Origin: Daphnia carinata
Taxonomy: Eukaryota
DNA: 64,000 bases
Assembly (NCBI RefSeq): GCF_022539665.2
Contig: NC_081333.1
Location: forward strand, 806,001-870,000
Reading direction: 5' to 3'
The position numbers were made by a program, and so were the translations under genes. Each line of letters starts with the position of its first letter. Position 1 is the first letter of the stretch. The notes beneath the pieces were generated by a model that saw nothing but the letters and a program-made list of their open reading frames with translations, searched no databases and had not been told where the DNA came from. Of this stretch, positions 38,045 to 51,200 are shown piece after piece.

Positions 38045-40800
38045 CGTTGAGACCTGAACAAATAACGAAGGAAAGACAAACATTAGTTTACGCTTAATAA
38101 GCCAAATAGAAAACGACGGTTCTCCTACGCCAAGTAATAGGATTTTGGGATGTGCGAGTTCTAGACTAACTGGAAGTGTTTTTAACATTTTTGGCTATTC
38201 TCATTTTCGTCATGGGCTTAGGGCATGGCCGCACGGCTGACGTAATTAGACGGGAGGCCGTCACGCTGTCACGCCAGACAGCGTGAAACACACCGTATAT
38301 TTCGAATGCCAAAAAAAAAATAAAAAATTCGTAGCTGCTGACGCTTGTTCACTTCACTATCGTGTAACAGTCGCCGGAATGTGTGTACGCTCCCTAGGCT
38401 AGAACTTGACGCTAGACTAACGAGATTCTTTCGCTGACAATTCCGTCAAGTACAGCGGTAGCCCCGTCGCATCGATGTTGCGTCAGTCACGTTTATGTAG
38501 ACAACTCGCATTATTCGTGGGCACACTTTGTAAGCATCACCGTGTCAACGGTGCGATTTCCGTCTTCGTTCAAATATCTGTATCTTTGGCTTTTTCGTCA
38601 AGCATACTTGAAACTGTCTCACTATAGCAAAAGCCTTTCGTCGATGTCGCTAAGTCTGATATCTCTGTGACAAAAGGAAAGATGCTGACTTTCAACACTA
38701 TTGACAGCGAATCGATCACGTAGCGACTATGTCCCCTGTAAAGAGAATTGGATGCTGAGAGAATTGAGAACGCAACAGTAGATGCTTGTCTGTTACAGTG
38801 TCTGCTTGTTAGTTTGACGGAAACGATGGAGACGATCAATGAAGCTAACTGAGCAGCACATCGCTATTATGATTCTCCGAATTTCAGTTGTTTTTTTTTC
38901 TTCGGTGAGTTGATGTGATGAAACTTCAAGTCGGACTTGTCGCTAGTTTTGCACGGCACTGTCCTCAAATGGACACAACGACCCCGCACAGACACGAACG
39001 TCCCTTAAACTCAAACTTGTTTTGTGCAATTGCTGCCATTTCGCATGTCTGTATGGCGAAATATTTTTAAAACCCTTAAAACAATGACTTTTTAAATGGC
39101 ATATACTCTAACGATTCGTGATTAACGGACAATGTCGCAGTGGACATACTTGCCTCTGACGAAGGTCAATCACCATCAATTCAAAAGGCCGCATTCGAGT
39201 AAATTGAACGTTAACTGGAAGTTGCCCATAAGCGACGATCGATGGCTTTTCTTTTTTCTTCTTCAACCAAAGGAAATTGGTCATCTATTCTTACAGACAT
39301 TTATTGTTGGTGCAAACCTTTCCTGCTAGCTCGATCGCGTTGATTTAAGGCCTCGCTGTTCGCGTAGGCCAATGCCTTAAAATTTTTCTTTCTATTTGAA
39401 ATTCAGTAGTAGCCCTCCGTTGTTTACTTTAGACGATAACCAAGTTGAATATCGATTAGCAAACGAAAATAGCAGATGCTATAAATCGAATGGTTAGCCG
39501 ATAGTTTGAAGAATTGCATTCAAGTTTGGTACAGGAACTGCAAAACCGGAACGCTCATCAACATTATTATCGGTCGCAGAAAAACACTGTGTATGTTCAG
39601 AATGCACTTGAGCAACGCCAACTCGATTGGCATTTTCGGAAATGGAAGGCGGATGAAAACAGCATTTTGCTTCTTTCACATGTATACAGCTTATACATCT
39701 TCCTTCGAGTCAAAGAGCATTCCACGGTACCGGTGCTTCGGCCGGATGCCTCTGCCTTTGCATCCGCTAGCCCACAACCTCCCCCGGAAAAGGGAAAAAT
39801 GCGCACAAAAGCGCGGCATTGAAACCTTCCCCACGATTGCCCTCAATCGTCGTGGATATCAGAGGGGGGGGGGGGGACAAAAAAAAAGGAGCTCTATGAT
39901 GTTACATTCAAAAGGTTTTTTTTTCCTACAAGGATCAAAAAAAAAAAAAAGCGCGGCTGATGAAGAAGACCCGTGCCGCTGCCGCGCACGGAAATCGAGA
40001 ACATGAATAGAAGAAACTCTTGAAGAAAAGTGATTAATAGTTTCTTATGAAATAAACAGATTTTTGCGTTTATCATTCCCTTTGACTACTGTACTGGGCC
40101 AATAGGAGACCAGGGAGAATCAGAGACGTCTAGAACGGCCATTTAAGATTTGTTTTTTTTTTTCTCTCTTGAATAGCAAGAGATTTTACTTATGTCATTT
40201 CAGATGCCAGATCGCACCATCTGTGCAATGATGCCGTTCGTTTCACACAAGCGGTGGGCGATTAATCACCGTAACGTGGTTTCTACTTTCTTCTGCTAAA
40301 CGAGCTGGATTTTCGAAGTTGTGGGGCATCTCGCAACGGAAACTAATCAGTCCATTAATCAAGAACACAATCCACCACCAGCATATAGGGTGCGCATTAT
40401 GCCTCTGAAGTCGGTCGATAAGGAATTACGTTTCTTTTTCTCCTTTGCCACAGATTCTAGAGAGCGCGAGAGGCCTAAAAAGATAAAGAAGTACTGTACA
40501 TAATTCGTCATATGGTAAGACGTGGTAACTCATGCGGATGGATTGGTATACCCGTAGCGTCTTCTTTTCTTGGTCGTTACGTGGCGATTGATGATCTGCT
40601 GGGTGGCCTATACCAAGACTTTTTTCCCTCTTTTTTTTTTTTTTATTTTTCTTCCCCTAACATTGATCACAATATGCCGCTTGCACTTTCCAACGAGAGA
40701 AGAAGAAAAAAAAAAAATAAAATTCTATTTCCATTGGGTTATACGTGTCGACTAGGGACATGAATTTATGGTAGAAAAGGGTCTCAGTTCAGCCACTAAT

Positions 40801-40801
<1 letters not shown>

Positions 40802-40841
<40 letters not shown>
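40802..40841. repeat. Poly-T tract (~40 nt)
   Basis: Read directly; the longest of many A/T homopolymers in 39-62 kb. Confidence 0.9.
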
Positions 40842-40844
<3 letters not shown>

Positions 40845-42397
40845 TTTTAGAGCGTTTACCGTGAATAATACGTGTGTACATTTTAGTTATATGTAACTGA
40901 ATAGTCTATGGGTATCGAGTTCATATCGGTAAGGGAAATTTTTTTTTTAGCGCACTTTGGCACGTAAATTCTAAGTCCAACTGCACACACTTGGAAATGC
41001 GTCTTTTGAACTATTCGACGTATTCGGTTGGTGAAGGAAAGAAAGAGGAAGGAGGCCGTGTCTCTAGTGTGACACGTTGATTGACAGAGCTTTTGACGTC
41101 TTCGCGAAGGAATTACTAAAGGTAGCACTCGAGCGAGCATTAGCGATTCCTTTTTCATAACAAATTCGTGGCAAATGCAACGGATGTTTTTGGGGGTTTC
41201 GGATAAAAACATTCCACCGCGAATGTGGCCGCATAAGACGTTGCATTCATTCGCGGAGCGCCACACAAGTCATAAGGTTTTATGTGAGGCAGGGTACATG
41301 CGTGGCAAAGCAAAATACAAAATAAACTTGCAAATTGAACATAAAAAGAAAGCAGACAGAAGTGCAAGTGGAAGCATCTGCCCCCCAAAAGTTTGACTAT
41401 GCCTCGCTTTGCGGTTTATAGTCCGACCGTCATCCGCAATCTTACGATCACGTGATGCAGAGGAAAGATTGCCACCTTTATCCACCTGGTGTAAGCTGAT
41501 TAATGAACACGTTTGAGTTTCTTGGTAAACAGGAAACTTCTTTTGTGATGTATTGCGTTACAGGAAGGCACTCATCTTATCGTGTCATCTACATATTTGT
41601 CGGTACTGTATTCTCAAAATTGAAGAACGTTGATCCAACCAACCCGCATGAGGTACCCAAGGTTTTTTGGTACACGTTTTGTTGAAACGAAAAATGAAAA
41701 TATGTTGTGAGCCAAGAAAGTGGCAGACAAGAGAGGGCTTTTCATTTCCGGTGGGATCTAGCCGGAAGCCTCACACCTACCCCCTCGTGTTACTGCGAAC
41801 AAATAGTACACGACACTGAATCAAATGCAAAGCAGTTGTTGCTCTCAGAGATTCAGGAAGCGGAAAATATTTCATCAGTCATGTCGCGCTGGAAGGAGTG
41901 TTACGTTTGAACTACATTGTTTTCGTTTGTCACATCTAGAATAGACGTCATTAATGCAAATGCTTCAAACGTGGCGGCAGCCAGTAAAATGAAAGTGTCG
42001 AACCGATTGTTTGGACCAAGAAGATATGTGCTAACGCATCGTTCTCTTTAGGGAACGTTTTGTCCGCTAAAAATTGTACAAGGATAGCGAACGTTTTCAA
42101 CTGAATAAACGTTGACGCGTGTTAGCACAACTGCAAATATCATGAGCCTTTTAGAAAAGGTAAAAACGAAATAGAATGTCTTGGAGTGGTAAGTTCGATT
42201 GCTATTCGGCTAAACGAAAGATTACGAATGGATCGAGTACGTGTGAACACTGGCTACCACTTCCCAATGGAGCATGCACGGAAAATCCCCTCTCCCCTCA
42301 TTGAAGGATCAACGTCCTGACAGAGTGAAATACACGTTTGTACATAATAATCGGCAGCTGCTTTCGTCCAGGCTCCCTTTTCTCAGTGCTGGTTTTT

Positions 42398-42401
<4 letters not shown>

Positions 42402-42428
<27 letters not shown>
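42402..42428. repeat. (TG)13 microsatellite
   Basis: Read directly. Confidence 0.95.
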
Positions 42429-43316
42429 CTGCGGCGCGCACGGAGGGGGGTGTGTCTCGCATCACACCACCGAACGCTTTTGTCTGGCTCGAGGATTTAT
42501 CTTTATTATTTTTCGTCTTTTATTGTAATATCTATATATCTATACTATACAATATTTTTTTTTTTTTTTTTGGGGGGGGGGACGTGATAAGAGGTTCTCC
42601 AAAAAGAAGTCAGGAGGGGGTAAGTTGGTGAAATGCTGAAAGTGAAACGGGCACGTTAGAAACGGGTAGCCTATATATCGAAAAAAAAAAATAATAATAA
42701 TAAATCTATGATAGGGCAAGGGGTGCTTTTATGTAACCAAGTCGGAAATATTGATAATGATGGGTAAAATTTTCTCACCCTATTTCGTTTTGTCACGAGA
42801 ACAAAAAACAAGAAAATTTCAAAATGCCTTAGTTACTTGTTCGTTTGATCGAGTCGAACGATCGTTACTGCAATCCTTTCAGCTACGAGAAATCGACGAC
42901 AGCCCCGCTTGCTATTACAATATTGGTTTGATTACACGTAAAAAAAGGGACGGGGTAGAGAGGAGACTGTTGAGAACAGCGCAAAAAAAATGTGAAATGC
43001 AATTCGTGTTATCATATATTTTTGCAACAATATTTCCTTGCAGTTTCTTTCTTCTTCCAAGAGCATTCAATCAGCTGTTGCCAAATTGGCGTGCCTCGTA
43101 ATTCTGCCCCGCCAAGCAACTTGCGATCGAAATGAGTTACCTTGCTAATGGGATTTTTAACGAACCCTCGAGGAATCGTTCAGCCGAGTAAAATGCATTT
43201 AACTACATGTATTTTCGGGTCGTCTTTTTTTTTCTTTTTTGAAGTTGACTTTGTTCACTCGACTTGTCGGTTATAGATCGCTTTGAAACCCAAAACCCAT
43301 CAGTGCAATCCGATTC

Positions 43317-43347
<31 letters not shown>

Positions 43348-46300
43348 CAAGATTTACATGACTACTTATCACGGCGCGGAACGTTGCAGTTCTTTGGCTT
43401 CGGATAAATACGAAACAAACAAACGTCGACAGTTTGCTACCTCGTCGCAGATATTTACTCGATCTATGAACAAAACAACAGAAAACAAAAAGAAAAACGA
43501 CTTCTTTCTATGATTTGACATGGTTTCTTCCGGCGTATCAGTGTAACCTGAACGGGTTGATGACCGAGGGATGTCACATCTCCTCTTTTCGGTTGGTGTT
43601 CGACGACCGTAACGATTGCCATTTGCCTTTGCTTGCTCGATGCGTTCGTGCAATGAATTCGTAAATCGATACATATTCGGATGCACTCGAACACTGCCTA
43701 TATAAGAAATCGATGCCCGTTGCCGCTATCCCTTTGGCTATATCCTAGAAGACGGGGGGGAAAAAAAAAGTGCTGGATGTAGGAAATGTTTGAAGAACAC
43801 AGCGCAACCTGGCCATCTTCTTTTTTTTTTTGTGCGTCTACTGATGACCCTAAGGCTTCGGTTCTGCTTCGATTTGTATTCTTTGTGCCATCGGGGGAAA
43901 TGTTTTCCTTTCTAGTTATATTTGTGTTTTTTTTTTTTTTTTAAACTAACGTTGTTTGGCACTGCGTTCCATGTAAGGTAACGACAGCGACGAAGAAGAA
44001 TTCGCATTTACATCTTTTGGTGGACCCATTTATCAATTGCGAGATATGCGCCTGTAGAAAGATGCACGCGCCATCGTGAGTGTTTAGTCTGGGGCACGTG
44101 CGTTGCGCCATTCGTTGCAGGCGGCTTTAAATCCACGCAATAATTCAATCGAAAACAACTGAATTCTTTAGGCAATCAAAAGATAAAGAGCAAATAGAGG
44201 CTCAGTGTTTGCCATCTCTGACGCGTAGAGCATATCATTCGATATTGGCCCCTTTCATTCGAATTCAATGTTGGATCAAGAACTGGATGAAACAAAAGAA
44301 TAGAAAACATCGCAAAGGGGGACCTTTGTTTTATGTGTGTTTTGGATCCGTGGAACTTGGTCGGCGATATCGTTGGCCACACGACGTGAATGACCAAACA
44401 CCTGACCATCAGAAGATGCAAATGAAAACGGAAGTCACCAGCGTATACACAACTAAAGAGGAGAAGGGGGTTTAAAGGTCAGCCATACATGTCGATCTTC
44501 GGAGCTTTATGTATTCGACCTTAAAGGTTTAGAAAAACAAAAACCTGGTGTAATAAATTATGCAAAAAAAAAAAAAAAAAGTCGGCTGCATTATAAGCTA
44601 ATATGAAAGGTTATGGCTTGACGTTGCTATCCGAAGACTTGGGAACTTGTATTTTCAGTATTCTATGCGCATCACACTGTTAGACGAGACAAAACACTAC
44701 GAAACGTTTACAGAACGAAGAAATTTTGTAGGAAATTAATACGAGGAATTGGTTTGTTCCTTTTTAAATTTAGTTTTTAGATGCCAAAGAAAGGGTTAGT
44801 TCTATATAAAAAAATAATCTTCATTTGATGATGAACGATTTTCCAAAAATTGAACTGGTAGTTTTCAAGCCGTGCAATAAAAAGTCGGTGGCGAGAGTCC
44901 CTTCTCCATTAAAAGAGAAATTTTGTGCGCTCTGTTCGGATTCTTCAACTTGCTCGCATTATTCACAAAAGACTTGCTCGCCCTTTTCTTCTTGTGCTTC
45001 GCTGTTACGATGCCTAATGGAGATGGTTAGATGTTAGAGAGGAAATCTTTTACGCTTCCAACAAAAGTTACTGTAGGCAATTTCTATTTTTCCAAAATGA
45101 AAAACGGCCATATTTTATTTATTTTTATTTATTTTTTTTAACATAGGGGGGGGGGGGGGGAAATATCTTATGGTTGTTAGAAAAAAAAAAATGGCCACCC
45201 CCTTTTAGTTCTGAGCTTCATGCAGGCGCAGAATGTTTTGTTTCGCCCTTTTTCTTTATGCTATCTGCGCATTTGTGTAAGCATTGTTGCGCTGCGCTTT
45301 TACGTAGGCTGTCGGCTGATAAATAATGCCTTTCCGAAGCTATGACAAAGACGGTCGCCTTTTTTTATTATTTTTTTTATGTAAATATTTATCGTAGCCC
45401 ACATCTCATTTACGATTTAAAACATTCTGAAATTCGTTGACAACATTATTGGGTGAATATCCATCATGGGATTCTTGTTTACGTTTGATTTGAATGCCAA
45501 CGGTCGGGCGGATATCTGAACAAATCAAGTGATTCCTCTTGTTTTTGCTTCGAATTTTTAGAAGTGGAACTCATTATAAACTGAATTTACCAACTATTGA
45601 GTCCTGTCGAAAAGCTCAAATTCGTGAGAGGAGGAGGGGGGGGGGTGAGTGAAGCGACAGCAGATGGACGAGAGGGACTCATCGGCTCGTTGAAGCTGAC
45701 GGCTGAGATGAGGGCGAACGGAGGGGTTTCGTTAATCATTCGCTTTCGAAACATCAACGACGACTCCTCCTACTTGACAACTGCTGGCGCCCGCGATAAT
45801 GAGACCCAAAACAACATCTCTTTTCATTCTACCCCCTCTCCGCTAACTTTTTAGGGCAATTGTAGACGCTTCACGGTGCAAAAAAAAAAAAAAAAAAAAA
45901 AAAAAAAGAAGTGCGAGCTATTAGCAAATCGACCCGGCTGAATATTGCAATCGAGTTAACGGCGCCATCCATGGGTTTTTGGGATGGTCCCGATTTTATT
46001 TCGGTTCTTCTATCGCGTAATTAATGTGATTTCAATATTAATGCTTTCGCTCCGGACTGCAGGCGAATGCACTTTAGTCAGAGTAAACAGGACAAAGAGA
46101 AATGGGCTGCGGTGAAGTTTCTACTTCTATTCGGATCTCTTTCCAAGGGATCTCTGTGCCTGCTACCTTGCCGATGGGTGTATACGTAAGCCTTATTTAA
46201 ACTAAACACACGATTTTTATTACAACGCAGTGCAACTGGGGAAAAAAAAAAAAGAAAAACAATACGGCGCGGAAGACTGATTATGGTGCGGAATATTTCA

Positions 46301-48198
46301 TTGTGTTCTGTCGTCATCCGCATTATAGAAGAGGCTCGAAAGCCTGCCTTCCTAAGGACAACAACGCAAAAAAATGCTATACATAACTAATGGTCTACAA
46401 TTTGCAGACGTAACGTAGGCCATCCCAGAAATGACTCAAGTTCTTTTACTATTTTTCATTTGATTTACTTATTTCTTTTTGTTGTTTCTGTTTCCCTCTC
46501 TCTCTTTTGCTTGGCTATCGTTTACCTTCGGCGGCGCAGACAGCTTCGTGCAACGTAATACTAAACAAGAGATATAAATACGCCATTAACGTGGGCCCTC
46601 TTTCTTTCTCTCTCTCAGTTCGTCTACACATTGATGAGGCATTAGTGCTTGAGTGGACGTCGGCCTTTTCGATAGCAGCTATAACCTGCGTCAGATAGGG
46701 TCACGTACCGGGAGCGTGCCGTCCTTTAAGCTCTAATAGTTGATGGTGACCATATACGTGTGGGACTCGAAAAGAAAGGCCCCCCGTTCTGCTCCGTCAG
46801 TCAACAACGGCCCAGTGTGAAAGCCATGCTGCCAATCATCAAATGCTTCTCGTCTATTATTTTATTTTTCCTTGGCTAGTAGCACAAGCCATGGGAGTCA
46901 CGTGTCAATGACTTTTCTCACGCGCCAAAGAATCCGCCTTCCCCCCCCCCCCCCTTCTCTTTATCGAAACGCCACTCTGCCGCAGATGTTCGCATGCAGA
47001 TGAATCTGTCACGCATTATACTCATCTCTCTCTCTCTCTTTTTTTTTTTTTTTTTTTTTTACAGTGTTTACTATTGGACGTTCTATGATAATAATAATTT
47101 TTTTTTATTATTGCCTATCCTCTTGTCACAGCCAGACGGATAAAAATTGGCGAACGATTTCCCTATGCACACACGAACGCGGATGGCAGACTTAAAAAAA
47201 TAAATAAATAAATAACGGAAATGATTGCCGTGATGGGGGAGTAGCGGCGGTTGGAATGGACTGGGTGACGACAGGAAAGTTGACGACAGCTAACGATTCG
47301 ATGATTTTTTTTTTTGATTTTTTATCCGGATTGGGTGTTTTTTGTTCGTGTGGTTCCACGAAATCTATTATTTGATCGATTCGTTTCGCGGTGATGGGCC
47401 AACATGGGCAGAAAAAAAAAGAAGAAAAAAAAAAATACCCCACTAGACTCGGTTTATTGGACCCATTCTTTTTTTACGGCATTATAATCCACGCTTCTAA
47501 TCAATTCATTGCACGTAACAAATTATAATGAAAAGAAAACGACATCATTTTCGCGCTTTTTGCGAAAATTGCGTCAATGAAACTCGTCGGCCAAAGAACT
47601 TTGAAAACGAAATTGGAGTTAATCAACTGGAATTAAAAGAGCAAAATAAAAAATTGAATAGAGCCTGATGAAAGTAGGATGTAGATTCCAACTCGAGAGG
47701 AACGCGCAAATCAATCCTTGAGCATTTGCTATGCCCTTCCCGTTTTGCCACTGGATAACAATTTTAACTCACGGTCGAGTTGTTCCATTTAGTCGAAATA
47801 GATTCAATTCGATCCTCCCCAAAAGGACACACGATTCACTACAGAACTGCAGCAGGTGATGGGCTGACTGTTTCTTCACACTCGGTTGACCAACATCCCC
47901 AACCCCCCCTTCTCGCTTTACTCCCTCTTCTCTATTTAATGCAGCAGCGCACGTATTTTTGGATTTGAAAAAAAAAAAAAGAAGAAGAACGGGGGCCATC
48001 TAGACGGTGTTGCCGTACGCGAACAAATATATGACACACCGGATGCTTGTAATATATCGAAAAGAATTTGAATAGGCAAACCGCACACAGAAAAAAAAAA
48101 TAAATAAATCCGGAATGGCGGGCCGGAGCGTTACAGCCGCCGCATTTTCTTTTTGTGCTTAGGCGCGGAGTTGTATAAAGTCTATACAACTCTGCCTC

Positions 48199-48222
48199 TG
48201 TGTGTGTGTGTGTGTGTGTGTG
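48199..48222. repeat. (TG)12 microsatellite
   Basis: Read directly. Confidence 0.95.
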
Positions 48223-51200
48223 GGCAGTAAAATACTTCCAACTCATGTACCCACCCATCTTTTTTTTTTTTCCCCGTGTTTTGTTTTGTTGTTAAATGCA
48301 TTCGTGCAGCGGGATGCAGGTAAAAGAAAAAAACGCGCTGAAAAGATGGAAATAAAATTTACGTTAACAAACAAAAATCTAACCACATAGATCGTAGTAC
48401 TAACGGACACACACACTCACAAAAGAGTCACAGTGCGATAAATATGACTATGTTTACTGGACGTATGGAAGGTTGTCGTCAATCCGCTTCCGTTTCATGC
48501 TGTCACATACCGGAATCCGCCTTCTCCTCCCTCCCCCTCTTTCCGTCCACGGATGAATAAAAAAAAAAATAAAATAAAATACACCCTGCTGGACATACAG
48601 CTATGTCATCTTTTCCTGCCATCGAGTATATATATACTCTGCCTTCCGAATGAATTACGCGCCACACGAGGGCGCGCGAGAGATATTCCGGTCATGTGTG
48701 CGTTGTAGAAATAGCGAAAGATTCCATCAGTGAGGTCATTTTTGTCCGTGAAAAAAAAAAAAAAAAAAATAAGTAATAATTAATGGACGCTGCTGTTTAA
48801 CATTTGTCTTTGTCCTTTAAAAAGGTTTTGATACCACACGCAGCTCTGTATCTAGTTAATGCGTTTTTGACTGACGGGACGCGTGCTGTACTGCTCTTTC
48901 TTTTTTCTTTTTTTTTTTTTTTTTGTACTTGACTGTGTTATATACGCATTTCTTTTTTTTTTTTTATGGTGTGGAGTCTCGTTTTACAAAGTACTGCAAC
49001 AACTGCACGATCTGGCCGACTCGCATTGGTAGCTCATTGCAACTGTTTCTTCAAGCAAAAACTGCTCGCCTTGAATGTTTGTCTGTCCCCTCTATTCTGT
49101 CGCAGTCGTAGCTTCCTGTTAATGGCGTTCCGCCTTTTGCCTTGACTCGGTTTCATGTTTTCGTGACGAATGCGATCTTATCCTCTTTTCGTTTAAAGCC
49201 CATTTTTTAAAAAATGAATAAAAAAAAAAAAAAAAGGATTGGGTTTCAAAAAACGATGGTGAAAAAGGGACCCTCATACGCGTAGGGTGTTTCATTGTCT
49301 GTTTGGAAAATAATAATAATTTTTTAAAAAATCGGATAGCCTCAATTGTTTGGGGACGTGGGCCTGAATCATGGCAACCAATGACAATGCCCTTGTGTAG
49401 TTTTTGCAGTCAATTTTCTGTTTGAAACAAGAGACCTCCCAACATGGAGAGAGGGGGGGGGGGATGCAAGCCAAAGAGCTCAATTAAGGGATGGCATTGG
49501 ATTATTTCAACGTGACCTAACAAAAGATTCCATTATCATTAATTTCACTGCAAGAAAAGGGGGGAAATGGATCGATGCAAACGACGTATAAAACAACTAG
49601 TAGTTAATGCAGTACTTTCCGGGCTGACGACGATTCGCCAAGCTGCGTGTCCTGGAAATCGACATGCTCTGCTGACGATTTCGAGTCGTCGACAGAAAAG
49701 AAAACAAATAGAAAATGTAAAGATGGTCGAGATCCGCCGTCTGTCGATTCCAATGAAATTCCGCTCATTTCCCCAGCGCGCAAGTCGGAATAATAACAAT
49801 ACAAAGGAACGTGCTCTTTTACATCTCGGAAAACGCTAAAAAAAACTTTCGACGACCCCTAGTCTAGTCGGTTTTCTCGACGCGGACCATGTCGAATAAA
49901 AAGAAAGAAAAACAAACACAAAACAAAAAAAAAAAAAAAAAAAAAAAAACAAACAAAACAAAAAAAAAAAAAAAACTTATTTGAATGTGTAATCAGCAAG
50001 TTTCATCTCTCCGAAGCGGATGACTTTGTTTTCGGAAAAGACAAGAACGGAACTCGTTCTTCACGGGACCCAAGTGCCTATTCTGTCCAAATAAGTTAAC
50101 GAAATGAAAATGCCGGAAGTCTTCGTATGGCTCGATGGGGGCTTTTGAGAGACCCCCCCCCCCCCTCCCTATAGCGCACAATAGACACATAACACACACA
50201 CATAGACATACACGGATTACGTATATATAGCAGGGAGGTTTTTCGTCTCAAAAGTTTGTGACATAGCCTCAACAGATGATCTTTGTCTCGTGGAGGTCCT
50301 ACATCTAGACGCACACAGTAGCTCCGAATTCAAACATTGACTCGTAGAAGAGACACAGCAGGAGGCTAAGTGCCCTGCCCGTAAAGGCCAAACATTAACG
50401 AAGGGTGGTAGCATACTGGAGGACGGTGAGGGGATGGAGAGAGTAGAGATATTAAGAAAGAGATATGTGCCACAAAAAGAGAAGGAGTTCACGCTTTTGA
50501 AAAAAAAAAAAAAAGGGGGGATTCTTTTTTTTTTTTTTGTTGTTGTCTAACATCAACGCGTGTAGGCCTATGAGGTACTGGGGCGAGCAAGTCAGACAGC
50601 GGCCGCAAAAAGAGCTGTTGCACGCTTTGCAGCCATTTGGAGTGAGGAGGGACGGATGAGGAATCAGCTGTCGACTTTTTGTGTTTCATGGGCCCTGATG
50701 GTGTGCCTCCGTCACCGAATGGCAGTAGGCAGCAAATGTCGGCGGCAGCCGATCGGGATCGACCGACACCCCCTTAAGGTCGTCGCGAGCCACGTCGAAT
50801 TATTATTTATATGTTTCACCTCCCCCCCCCCCTTCCCGCCGGCAGCTTCCATAGTTGGATCTATCGGGGGGATGGGTTGGGGGGGGGGGGGGGGTAGCGG
50901 CGGAAACATCCGTCATATTTTGATTTGTATGGAAACGCTGAAAATCTTTTCTTTCGCCTTTTGGCTCTGACGCCTACTTGGTGCGAGCCGACTAGTAATT
51001 ACAGACTGTTGAACATCAATAGCAGCATCATGTATTTTCTTGTTCAGATTGAATTCTTTCTTTTTTTTTCTTTTTTGTCTGTCAGCTGATCAACTCGGTC
51101 GAATGAATAGATTTTTTTTGTTTTTAATTCGCTCTAAAAAATCTAAATAGATTTAGCTGATTCACCAACACTCGCTTTCTCCGATGGAAATTGAATTTAT

